Assembly: GCA_032718475.1 (NCBI GenBank) | Contig: JAUCBJ010007506.1 | Location: 1-43,751 of the forward strand | Source: Nemertoderma westbladi | Lineage: Eukaryota; Animalia; Xenacoelomorpha | Direction of reading: 5' to 3' | DNA length: 43,751 nucleotides | In this document: piece after piece, positions 25,655 through 36,591 of the stretch | Layout of the letters: each line of letters starts with the position of its first letter | Numbering within the stretch: the first letter of the stretch is position 1 | Position numbers and translations under genes: made by a program | Notes under the pieces: model-generated | What the model was told of the DNA's origin: nothing | Seen by the model: the letters and a program-made list of their open reading frames with translations, nothing else | Databases searched by the model: none

Positions 25655-25867
25655 CTGAGAACACAGCGGATATTATCTCATGATGACAATTAACTCATAT
25701 GATGACTTTCAAGGAAAGTGTCACATTACTTTAAATTTTGGATGTGTACAGTTTGTATGAACATGGTACATTTTTAAAGAAAAATAGCATATAATTTCAA
25801 AATAAATTTTTTTTAAGTAACTTTTAAATTAAACTGGCACATAATTTAATAATTATTAATTGAAAGC

Positions 25868-26078
25868 GGAGTCTTGCGCGTCTTTTGACACTACAATAAA
25901 TTAAATTCATGGTGATGAACATTGATAAAATGATGTTTGCAATTTAGCAACCTTGGTAGATTACCGCTACTGCTACCTAACAGCCGGATAAATGTGGGAC
26001 CGGGAAACACAGCATTTTATCAACGTTCCTTATCATGAATTTAATTAATTGTAGTGTCAAAAGACGCGCAAGACTCTC
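25868..26078. repeat. Palindromic MITE-like element (~70-bp arms)
   Basis: GAGTCTTGCGCGTCTTTTGACACTACAAT... / ...ATTGTAGTGTCAAAAGACGCGCAAGACTC. Confidence 0.8.
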
Positions 26079-26869
26079 CGATTTCAATTGATATAATCCA
26101 TGTGTGAAATTATTGAGATTTAATGTGTATTTGAATGGATCGAAAATCTCTATCCATAGAAACCAAGATAAAAATTTATCAGATCACTGCGTAGTGACGT
26201 CAAATATGTAGTAGCCAATCACAGCCGATTTTCAAAATTGGCTTCCCGCGCTTACTTAAACCCGCCATTTCGACAGTTTCCACGTGTTTTTACAAAAACA
26301 CACACCGCCACTCGATTCAGGGCACCTTGTTGCCCCTTATTCGATTGTTTCTAGCCCAACAATATTTTCGCGAACCAACCCTATTAAATAGGGGTGTGCC
26401 GGATATCCGGCCGGATTTTGAGAAAAAAATCCGGTTCCGGCTCCGGCCGGATTTCAATTTTTTGGCCGGATTTCAATTTCAACGAATTGTTGACAAAATT
26501 TACAATTAATGTAAATTTTTGAAAAAAAAACATCAAAATAAATTTTCTTTTAAATTTTAAACATAAGCAAATCCAATGGAATACAATACAATTATTTTAA
26601 TTGTTTGTATTATATTCATTCATTAATATTATGAATATGATAAAGTCTAAAGTCTCAGAGCTATCATTTTATTATTATCTACATGCTGAGCTGACTGACT
26701 ACTTTTTACCAATACTATTTGTATTTGGTTGGGCTCAGCCTCACTAACACTTAATATATAATAAATAGTATATGCATGGTATGCCCATTTAGTAATTAAG
26801 CTTACCACCGTGAATGACCAGTTTATTATATATTCGAGAATTCGACAGGCAATTTAGAAACTCTAGTAA

Positions 26870-27873
26870 GGGTCCATCCATAAATTACGTCACGCTGGAC
26901 AGGGGGGGGGGGGGGGGGTTAGTATTTCGTGACGATTTGTGACGAGGGGGAGGGGGGGTGTCCGCAATATCGTGACGTCACATTATAATTTCCGATACAA
27001 TTACTGTATATTAAATACATAACGTGTATTTATACTTGTATACTATTAAACGTGTATACTATTAACGTGTTTACTATTAAACTATTACCTCTTCCAATGA
27101 TAACCATTAAAATCTTACCTTACGACCTCTACTGCCCTTCCTTAATTAGTAAAATTAGAGAGCGTGTTTGTAAAGAATGTCATCTTTTTGCATCGAAATT
27201 TTTACTACAAATCTTACATCCCTTCATGGTAGCGGTAGTTCCAAAACCCGTTTTGATTATCAATCCCCTGCGACTACTACTAGGATCGGCATGCTGCATT
27301 GCAGCTGCATTTTTAAGAATGCTGTGCCGGCTTGTCGACAAAATTGCACCGCCACAACTCCCTATCACCCAATACATTTGCTAGATCATCCGCATCTTCA
27401 AGGCCAGTGTCCTTTAAAATGCGTCTCAAGAAAGTCATGGGCTGTCCACCATGCTTATTCACTCCATGAGGCTGCCAAAGTACAAGATTATGCACTGGCT
27501 GGTCCTCACGGCGAAAGCAATGTCCTGCAAAACGGAGGCCGATCCCCTGCGAACACATACCCAGTAGCTGATGTTCCACCAATGGCCATTATAAGCATGA
27601 CAGACCATCTGCAGTGCCCATGGGAGCATGTCTGAAAAACTCGTATTACTGTAATTCAGTAATTTGTAATGTTAGTTTATATCTATAGTTTATAGTTGAG
27701 AAATTTATTCCAGATTTATTGTTCTAATAAAATAATATAAGAGTAATAATGACGTGACATAGGGGAGGGGGGGGGGGGGGGGGGGTAGCGATTTCGTGAC
27801 GATTTGTGACGAAAGGGGGGATAGGGGGTCAAAAATGTCTTTAAAAAACGTGACGTCATTTATGGATGGCCCC
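26870..27873. mobile_element. Non-autonomous PIF/Harbinger-like element nested in the hAT element
   Basis: TIR GGG(T/G)CCATCCATAAAT(T/G)ACGTCACG and TAA TSD on both sides. Short coding remnant PYDLYCPSL...CKECHLFAS at ~27117-27220. Confidence 0.85.
27274..27541 (-). mobile_element. Short 3' RTE-like LINE (family A) copy nested in the Harbinger-like element
   Basis: Matches 6972-7233. (TAG)n tail. 11-bp TSD ATCCCCTGCGA at 27263-27273 and 27542-27552. Confidence 0.9.
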
Positions 27874-28986
27874 TAAATTCAATTTAACTCCGAGAGTATA
27901 AAAAAACTACAGCTACTGTATTACTTCGATCTATTTTTCAATTTGCACTTTATTTATCAAATCATTCCATTATATCAAATATAAAATCGGCGTAGGTTAT
28001 GGTACAAAAATATTAGTTTATCTCCACGATCCGGAAGTACACGAGAGCGGTTCTCATCAAATACATTACCAGCCTCTACAAATATTCACTCGGAATAAAT
28101 TGAGGACACTGGTGATACTAAATACATGTACAATTGTACAAGTATTTGTAAATTAGGAAATTATTCCTTATTTGCTGCCCACCAACGCAAAACGCTCTTA
28201 TCGTCCCGTTTAGTTGGGATAATTGACATAGACTTACTAATCTACTTCTGAATTCTTATTAAAGTCAAAGTCCTTATCATACATGACCTTACTGATAATG
28301 ATCCAGCACGTTATCTCTCGATGCAGGACCTAACGCCCAAAGGACCAAATGATACCCTCCCTCCCTCCAGTTCTGTTCATGCATAAAGGTACCATATAGC
28401 TGATTCAAGGAAAAAAGTGGTGTGGTGGCATATAAAAAAATCCGGCTTGGCCGGAATTCCGGCCGCATTTTTTTTACAAATCCGGCTCCGGCTCCGGCCG
28501 GTTTGAAAATAGTCAATCCGGCACATCCCTACTATTAAGGGAAAGTATTACAGAATACAGACGATGTGCCAGACGAACATAATAACTACTGGTCTGTGTC
28601 GGAATCATTAAGGTACTGGTATGTTATTATAAATTAAGGGCCATAAAAAAATATATTTTAGCGAAAAAAAAAAGATAATTAAACCCGCCAAACGAATAAT
28701 GTCAGCGAAACTCGCCATATCACAGGTCACTCACTGCTGCACTGGACGGGTTAGTCGTAGTTAATAGACCAAAAAAGTTATTAAATTCTACAAAAATAAA
28801 AATATCGCATGGCAATATCGTACTTAATCGCATGGTTGTCATATCATTTTATTTTATGTAGGATAAGAAAGTGAGCACAAAGTGAGAGGAGTTATAATAC
28901 GCGGTTATTATTATTACAATATAAAGTATATAGTGATATAGTATAATAATAGTAATACTTTATTTTATTTGTGCCGAATAACTCGC

Positions 28987-29084
28987 CTGCAAATTGGTAA
29001 GTTTTCCGATATCGTCTGGTACAATCTCGAAGGCATTGTCCCCCAGGTACAGAGCCCGCAGTGTCTTTATCATGAAGAAGTTAC
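28987..29084 (-). CDS. RSU1: Ras suppressor protein 1, exon 3 (GC donor)
   Basis: TCCTAG acceptor. (G)NFFMIKTLRALYLGDNAFEIVPDDIGKLTNLQ. Donor CAG|GCGAGT. Confidence 0.92.
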
Positions 29085-29157
29085 CTAGGATAGAGATTCA
29101 ATAGTCAAAACTTAAATGAATCGTAGCGTTTTCTTACGCAGACATTACATAATATTA

Positions 29158-29545
29158 AACAGGACTAAGGATGATCCAACTCTATAGCAAATGGAGCGGA
29201 AAAAATGAATTCGCCACCAGCGGGGATTGAACCCGTGTCTCCAGATAAAAAAAAAGTAAATAACTGCTATTGTATTAGAATACAGATTAAATCCACCCGT
29301 AAGGAGGACTGTATTCAATAGCAACCGTAAGGTAGCTTACCACCTATAGCAAATCAATCGGAAAGATGCAGGAGCCTCCGTGGTGTAGTGGTTAGCATAC
29401 ATGTATGTTTATCGGGAGACGCGGGTTCGATCCCCGCTGGTGGCGAATTCATTTTTTCCACTCCATTTGCTAGAGTTGGATCATCCTTAGTCCTGTTTAA
29501 TTACTTATTAATTTATACAATCTATGGATGTTAAACACATATAAA
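29158..29545. mobile_element. Small insertion with an internal tRNA-like module and inverted partial duplication
   Basis: 29154-29242 is the inverse of 29414-29501. 14-bp direct repeat ATTACATAATATTA at 29144-29157 and 29546-29559. Confidence 0.65.
29374..29445 (+). pseudogene. tRNA-like sequence (degenerate anticodon arm; not a functional tRNA call)
   Basis: A-box TGGTGTAGTGG, T-arm GCGGG-TTCGATC-CCCGC, acceptor stem 6/7 paired, T6 run downstream. The anticodon stem does not pair. Confidence 0.6.
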
Positions 29546-29589
29546 ATTACATAATATTATTTAACGGCTATATTAAGTGTTCATTTAAC

Positions 29590-29809
29590 CTGGTAGATGC
29601 TCCTGTGTAAGGTTGTTGTAACTAAGGTCTAGGATTTCCAGTGCCGGAAAGGAACCGAACCCCCTAGGTAGATTGGATAGTCTGTTCATCCCGAGGTTCA
29701 GGTGTTTCAGCTTGCTGAGGGAGCACAACGAGGGGGGGACGTGTAAAACGAGGTTGTTGAATAGATTGAGGTCTTCTAAGTCCGAGAGATCGGCAAGTTC
29801 GGAAGGAAT
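29590..29809 (-). CDS. RSU1: Ras suppressor protein 1, exon 2
   Basis: TTTCAG acceptor and GTTAAA donor. IPSELADL...LKHLNLGMNRLSNLPRGFGSFPALEILDLSYNNLTQEHLP(G) is the RSU1 LRR signature. Confidence 0.95.
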
Positions 29810-30359
29810 CTGAAATAATGTGATTTGAAATTAGTCTCACTGCTGCACTGTAACAGACTGCCAGAGGCTTACATGTAGCAGTGCCGTCGCCGTGTACCAC
29901 CCTACTGCACTCTGCACTACGCCCTATACCACTATACTAAGCCTGTCACAATAAATAATAAAGTACCGATAATAATAGTAGGCCTATCACTGCCTATTAT
30001 AATCCATACTGCTGTAATGGGATTATCCTGTTTGGGGGCCTCCAAAACCAGGTAGGTTAGTAAAGGAGCAGGTTACAGAGGCGAGTTGAAAGGAACCAAA
30101 ACAATAAACGTGAGTTAGGAATGTTGTAGAATAGAAAACAAAATTTAATTGAGAATCAACAGTCAGATGTATATACCTACCTACCGGAAATCTGAATAGA
30201 CTGGACAGCTGGAGGCCCCCAAACAGGATAGAGCCTTCACAATAGATAGGTACCGGTAATAGAAAAAAACGTTTTTGTAAAACTGTAAAAACTGCTTTTA
30301 TCCCACAGACCCACGCCAGCACGCTCCATGGACCATTCAGCCATTGCAGCATTGCCTAC

Positions 30360-30536
30360 CTCAACGATCCTGTTGTGGCTAAGAATTAGCCTAGACAAGT
30401 GGGTAAACGTTAGGATATTGGGAATCTCTAAGACCAGGTTAATTTCTTGTCCGATACACACCAATTCCTTTGATCCACTCTCCTGTATTTCATCTGAGAG
30501 CTTCTTCAACGACTTATATTGATAATTTAAATTCAT
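30360..30536 (-). CDS. RSU1: Ras suppressor protein 1, exon 1 (six exons total 840 nt, 279 aa)
   Basis: MNLNYQYKSLKKLSDEIQE...LSRLILSHNRIVE, donor GTAGGC. All exon phases join in frame. Confidence 0.9.
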
Positions 30537-31855
30537 GATGAAATCCTTGATAGCGGTACCGGTATGACTGTAAGACTGTGTAGTGCTACTGTGTTGACTA
30601 AACAATAACTGACTAGCCTAACTGCCTAAAGCAGTAAAGGAAACAGTGCAGCAGTGAAGTCTGAGGCCAGGAGGCACTGCCAGATTGCATTGGTTAGATA
30701 CAGGCAGATTCAGAATCACAAACAAACAAACAAATCACACCAAATCCGACAGACTGACAAAACTGCAGAACTACATGCACGGCCTTCGCGTACCAAAACT
30801 GCAAGCAATCTCAGTGAACAATAATAATTATACTAGTATACTATCTGAATATTTATACTGTATATTCTGATATTTGCTTCTGACACACACCCCCACCATT
30901 TGCTTCTGACACCCACCCCCACCAACCCACACCACACCCACGCTGAAATACTGACACTTACACCCCCCAGTCTTTCTTACTTTTGGGAAACGACCATGTA
31001 TAATTATAACAGTTTTGACTTGGCCAAGGCCGATGGATAAATAGTTAGCAGGATAAATAAATTAGTAGGCCTTGGACTCGGCCCCCCACAGTCAGACAGT
31101 ATTCCTTTCACAATTCTCAATACTCTCCTACAGTACAGTACGAGTAGGCCGATACTAATGCCGTACATTCGCTTATTCGATAATTATAGTGAAAGTTTTC
31201 TGTGCGTAATAAATGTGAAAAATAATACCGGCATTATTGTACTTTGGGAACCTGTACTTTGACTACCCTACCATACACCACATACCCATACGGACCCTAG
31301 ACTTGCAACATCACCAATCTGCACTGATCTTAGCATAAGATCTTTATATGTCTTGGTCTTTATTGGTTGGTCTTGGTCTTGGTCTTGATCTTTGCTCTAT
31401 GATCTTAGCAGGGTTGGTAACGATCAGTGCAGATCTTTGCAGGATTGGTAAGACCACGGCATATCTCTGGAGTTTTAGTAAGATCAGTGCAGATCTTTGC
31501 AGAATTAATGATATATAACAAAGTTCTGCAAAGATCTTAATAGTTCTCAATCAATAATTCAGCAAAATTGGAAGCATTCTTCTGTTTGCACTGTGGATTG
31601 TTACTATGGAGATATGGCAGTGGGGGATGTACTGTAGAACTAACTTAACACATCTTACCTACATATCCTACTGTACAACTAACACCTTCACACCTAACTG
31701 CCTAACATTTCCTATTGTCCCTATCTGTATATCTATTGTGTGGTAATGGTATTATATTTAAGCAAAACAAATTTCAATTTGGTTTTAAGATAAGCCAATT
31801 TAACTTTGCATTAATATCAATAAATTTATATTAGATTCATATAAATTAATATAAC

Positions 31856-33056
31856 TGTTCGCGCTTTTGAAGACCTTTAGCAGTTTAACCTGCCAAAATT
31901 TATATGTCTTTTAGTTAATTAAAACACCTTTAGCATACGACGATATTTTATGCTAATACACAAAACATTAGCCGAAGTCAGCCCATGCGCGATCATTCAC
32001 CCGATGGATCTACACCCGGGAGGCTGAATTCGGATGCTTAAATTTTATTATTGCAGTGTAAGGTTGCAGTGTAAACTTACTGTATTATTCGATAGATCGT
32101 TAATAATTAATTTCTGACAGATATTATTGGCTTTCGGGAAATATTAACAGTTCCTTTAGGACGTGGCGCTCTATCTATTTAAACAGAACTAAGACTTATA
32201 CTAAAACGCAACGATACTGCTTATGATTAAAGTATAAAGCGCATTCTTTAGGAAATGCTTTGTTACCAATCACAATCATACACACTATTCTGCCGACCGT
32301 CAGTATATTTGATCACACATAAAGAGAGCAGTAATTGACTCATGTAGGGTCTGCTAAATAACATTAGATTCAATACACACCACATTAATATAAATCGCAA
32401 TTGTTATGTATAGCCTGTCTCTCTAACCTGTAGTGTATCAAGAAAATTGGGAAATTTGGGAGATTTATCCGTATTATCCAAAGAGCAATATTTCCATCAA
32501 CAAATAGGTACAATTAATAACTGACGGTAAATAACAGTACAAACAATATGATTAATAGTGAGTTAAGATTGATTAGTTAAGTTAAGATTCGTTAGGATTC
32601 GGTAACAGTTTATACTTTCGATAATTTAAGCAGTTTTACTAGAGTTCTTCCCAAAAAGCCGGTGTTATGGCGAAAATGGGAACACAACAACAGAATCATA
32701 TAAAATCATATGACTACTACCACTATACGAGTATACCAAAACCCTTATTCCACGAAGCCCCGTTCAACACAGAGGATGAGCATAGAGATAGGGAATTCAG
32801 TTCAGTAGCGCTGGGATAGGTCGAAATCAACGCCCACGCACATTCTATTGGCCGACACGGACAGCAAGGCTTAGGCAACCTCCCTACACTGGTTGGCCGA
32901 TTAAACTGAGCCCAGATATCTCCACACAGCACATCAGCCAATAAGCTGGTAGCTTGCACTATTTTAGTTATAAATCCCTTTGAGAGTATTCCAGCGACCG
33001 GGGGGGAACTGGCCAGCAAAGGCAAACGTATCAGTTATCCCACAAAAGCTTTTACA
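31856..33056 (-). mobile_element. 3' LTR of the BEL/Pao element (left boundary uncertain: 31856 or 31905)
   Basis: Begins TGTAAAAGC right after a purine tract. The terminus is corroborated by the copy ending at 204. AATAAA near 32044 on minus; candidate ends ...GCGCGAACA or ...AAAAGACA. Confidence 0.55.
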
Positions 33057-33064
33057 CCGCTCCC
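33057..33064 (-). promoter_or_regulatory. Polypurine tract (GGGAGCGG) preceding the 3' LTR
   Basis: Minus strand reads GGGAGCGG|TGTAAAAG. Confidence 0.55.
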
Positions 33065-33134
33065 AGAAAATGGGATTTAAGTCTATAAAATATACAAAAT
33101 CACAGTTTCTAAAATATAAAAATACTCTAAACAG

Positions 33135-34886
33135 TTAGTCTTTCTTGCGCGGACGGCGTTTACGCAGTTTTTTAAAGCTAGCAAGAGTCCTTTTCTCTTT
33201 GGGGCGAGCCACTTTAAGAGGAGGGCTATAACTCCTGGGTGAAGGGTGCAATATGATTGCATCAGAAGGCATGGGATTGCGATCGGTATATCCGCCGGTC
33301 GAAGTACCGGGTTGATTGACATCAACGTCTGGGGAGAGGGGTCTAACGGCTTTGAGAGCTCGTTTCAAGACAGCCGCTCTTACGGGTCCTTTACGAGTGG
33401 TCTGAACGAGGGCCGTGGGTGGACCATAGGCAGTTAGAAACTTCCTTGGTTTAATGGTTCTTTCCAACTCGCGTTCGCGGGCTCTGTACTCGTAAGGCCG
33501 TCGATATACTTCTTGTAACTCGGGGTGTGAGTTGACAAATAAGTCTCCATAGGCCGGATCTTGACGGATAAAGTTTATTAAGTTATACGAATTGATGTCA
33601 CTCGGATTAATGCTCCTGAGGAATTTGCGTACATATTTGGTTGAAATACATTCTCCAACGCGCTTCAATAGTTCATAACTTGATAGGCGCAATTTCTGCT
33701 CGACGGAGGCAAACAAATAAGGATGGAACGCATAAACTCCTTCGTAAGCGCGTCCAGGATAATAGCGATGGCGTGAATCACAATGTAAATCAGCGTTCGC
33801 TTCCCAAGCTCTGATATAACATAGTACAATCATTTCATCTACGCTCTCTAAATCATGGTTAAAGGGACAATCAAAGCTGGCGTGTCCTTTTAATTGACAA
33901 TGATGGCATTGAGTCATAAATTGGGGGCAGACAGCAAAAATGTGCAAATTATTAAGCCGACAATATGCACAATAGATTTCCATCGACGGTTGCTCGTGGA
34001 AATAGGAACAAAGATCGTTGGTGTCCATAGACGTAATATGGTCTCTCGATGCGCACAGCCGACAACGTTGTCTAGAAACATAATTGGCATGGCGATAATC
34101 ATACGCAGTAAGACACTGGGGACCTTGATACCATTCCAATATGTAGTCGCTATCGCTACTCCGAGACGTGGGGGGCTGAATCTCTTCAGATTCTAAACAT
34201 ATGGGTTCGTCTTCCCCTTGTATAGTTGAGGTAGGCGTGGCTGTCTCCTCAAGTGGACCTACCGTCTGAATTTCCACGACAGAATAACCGGTGGGGATCC
34301 GAGGTCTTTGGATAACCGAGGAGTGCAGGTTTATTACACAAATGTCTCTGAAAATAGCGAATCCAGCGCTATCTAACTTCTCCGCAGCCGAGTCTCTTAA
34401 GCTGAGCTTGGTCAAAGCGCGGTCTTTGAATTGGCTATCCACGTTGCGAAACGGGGTTAAAAACCGTCGGAAACATTCAAAGCGGATGAATTTATTATGT
34501 TCATCTAGCTTAGCGAGTTTGGTCCCAAGGATTAATGGATGGGCGCGTATAGTGCGACTGCACACATCGGCTAGCCAACCGGAAAGTGCGGTGTTTTCGA
34601 AGATCGTGTAGATAGCTAAGGAGGGACGGAGTGGAACACTCATGAAGCTATACACGGCGCCAGGTGCGGTCAACGGTCCGTCAAAGTATAATCGAGAATA
34701 ATGGTCTCCGTATACTTGTTGATAGTTGATGGGATTTCCGACCTTGAAATTCCACCCGTATTCCATTACGATTCGTATAGCGAGCGGTGAATTTTCTATA
34801 GTCCGATTCACACGTAAGTTGTTCCTGGGACATCGGCGGTTCGATATAACGACCATCGTCCTCCGTAATAGTCGGATCGGCTTCAC
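33135..34886 (-). CDS. Accessory ORF of the BEL/Pao element: unknown protein with CCHC zinc-knuckle cluster and basic C-terminus
   Basis: 583 open codons (first ATG 34856). CX2CX4HX9C, CX2CX5HX4C and CX2CX4HX4C at ~34064-33868. Ends KKLRKRRPRKKD. No signal peptide or TM segment visible. Confidence 0.8.
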   Translation of the reverse strand: MKPIRLLRRTMVVISNRRCPRNNLRVNRTIENSPLAIRIVMEYGWNFKVGNPINYQQVYGDHYSRLYFDGPLTAPGAVYSFMSVPLRPSLAIYTIFENTALSGWLADVCSRTIRAHPLILGTKLAKLDEHNKFIRFECFRRFLTPFRNVDSQFKDRALTKLSLRDSAAEKLDSAGFAIFRDICVINLHSSVIQRPRIPTGYSVVEIQTVGPLEETATPTSTIQGEDEPICLESEEIQPPTSRSSDSDYILEWYQGPQCLTAYDYRHANYVSRQRCRLCASRDHITSMDTNDLCSYFHEQPSMEIYCAYCRLNNLHIFAVCPQFMTQCHHCQLKGHASFDCPFNHDLESVDEMIVLCYIRAWEANADLHCDSRHRYYPGRAYEGVYAFHPYLFASVEQKLRLSSYELLKRVGECISTKYVRKFLRSINPSDINSYNLINFIRQDPAYGDLFVNSHPELQEVYRRPYEYRARERELERTIKPRKFLTAYGPPTALVQTTRKGPVRAAVLKRALKAVRPLSPDVDVNQPGTSTGGYTDRNPMPSDAIILHPSPRSYSPPLKVARPKEKRTLASFKKLRKRRPRKKD

Positions 34887-34971
34887 CGCGTATCAAGCTA
34901 TCCACAAACGCTTGTAAAGGTAGAGTATATCGCTCTCTAATATCAAGGTCATCTTCTATCAATTCCGTCAT
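34681..34971 (-). CDS. 96-aa ORF overlapping the 5' end of the accessory ORF (possible true N-terminus)
   Basis: ATG start, acidic N-terminal half, 206-nt overlap in a different frame. Confidence 0.4.
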   Translation of the reverse strand: MTELIEDDLDIRERYTLPLQAFVDSLIRGEADPTITEDDGRYIEPPMSQEQLTCESDYRKFTARYTNRNGIRVEFQGRKSHQLSTSIRRPLFSIIL

Positions 34972-35343
34972 ATCTGCTATCTGAGTTTATTAATCTCAAT
35001 ATGAGTTAATATTTTAGGCAAGCGGGCGTCGCTGCCTACTAGGCTTTGCCCCCGGACAGTGGGTTTCTCAGCGCCGATGTACCGCTGTCGCAGTGTTTAC
35101 GCCAACATGTAGCAACAGCACGACAACGATAACCGGCACAAGTCCCACCACTGTCCGTCCCAAAGGCTTGAATCCACTTGAGGTTATCTCGGTAGAGTTA
35201 GGGCTATTTTACAATTGCGATTAGCTACTGTAAACACACTTTAGTAGTAACATTCACCTATAAACGCACAAATTCCATACAATCATTACTTACTGCACAC
35301 ATGCATGCCATTTGTCCGTTAGTCAGTGTCTTCCAGAATGTCA

Positions 35344-36315
35344 TGTTATTACTATGTATCCTTGGATACTAATAGTGCGCTATGTATACTCTTATGCTAC
35401 GCAATGGGGCAAGCTTTTTATTGTTCCTTTAACTTGCTTCTAATTCTAGCGTGGGTGTTGCCATGGTGACATTATGGAAAACTAGCGGTAGAATTAGGGC
35501 AATTCTCATGTATACAGATCTGGGATGTTATTTAATAGTAATTCTTTAATTGTCAATCTTCTCTTTATGCCTGATTTTATAAATTTTATCGGCTATTGAC
35601 TATATATTGGAGATTCTCGCACTCTAGTACACTCAATATGAATCTCCGCTCCCATGATCTATTAATTACTGGAATTTTGGGAATGTTGTAAATTGCACAA
35701 AATGACAATTTATGAAATTCATTCGAATATGAATTTAAATTTATTCCCGTGAATTTTATTATTTGATGTTAAAATTGACACAATTTGATTCCAGAGCAGG
35801 TCTGGGGACATAGGATCCTTAATTCTATGAAATTTGTCTTTTAAGAGTATCGGTAAGTGCTACGATATCTTAATCGACTAGAATTGTTAACGGATCTGAA
35901 TTTTACAGATTTTAATAAATATTAAATTAATATTTAGGATGGGCACCGATTTATTCCAGAACTTGTCTGGGGACGTTAACCACTGATTCTAGAATTTGTC
36001 TTTCAAGTATATCGGTGGGTGCCACGATATCTTAATTGACTAGAATTACAGATGGTCAAAAGTTTAACAGATTTATTTGCGATTTACGCTACTGTTAGAG
36101 GGACATCACGCTACTATATGTATTATTTGTTATAAGGTAGAAGAGCAATATCGCACGAAGCAATGTCAGTGTGAAGAGGCAAGTCGTTTCCAAGGTCTAC
36201 CCAGAGCTTGGTTTAGCCGAGACACGAGGATCTGAACTTTGCATTCCTAATACTCTGCCTACCAATAATACTTAAATATAGTAGTGGCTTTATTGTACTT
36301 TAAGAAGTACTGACA
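35344..36315 (+). mobile_element. Solo LTR (972 bp) inserted between pol and the accessory ORF
   Basis: TGTTATTACT...AGTACTGACA (8/10 inverted match). 5-bp TSD TGTCA at 35339-35343 and 36316-36320. Internal ~165-bp imperfect repeat; TATA-like TATAAGG near 36131. Strand is tentative. Confidence 0.75.
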
Positions 36316-36591
36316 TGTCATCTTACTATAGTCTCGCATTTATAATATAATACGGACAGTAAGGAAAGAGAAAAATAATTATTTCTTGCCGTCGCACTAA
36401 ATATATTATAAGTAATTAAATACGTAATAAACACTAATATATTGCACTAATTTACTAAATATTCTAAAAATAACCTTTTACTAAATAAAATTAAATAAAA
36501 ACGATTATAATAACGTACATAATAACATTTACATATAAAAATGTAATAAAAACAGATAAAATAACATAGACATACACCCACTCCAGACGTA

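Larger units (their letters stand above)
26389..28531. mobile_element. Non-autonomous hAT (Ac-like) element
   Basis: TIR TAGGG(G/A)TGTGCCGGAT, subterminal CCGG repeats, 8-bp TSD CTATTAAA/CTATTAAG. Confidence 0.88.

Noticed and set aside
29374-29445. Functional tRNA gene
   Set aside because: The anticodon arm is unpaired and the sequence is embedded in a repeat with an inverted copy.
32723-33025. 100-aa ORF inside the LTR
   Set aside because: Non-ATG start and no recognisable motif; probably incidental.
36164-36572. Candidate 409-bp 3' LTR (TGTC...GACA)
   Set aside because: Its left part falls inside the TSD-bounded solo LTR 35344-36315, and the terminus at 33056 is better supported.
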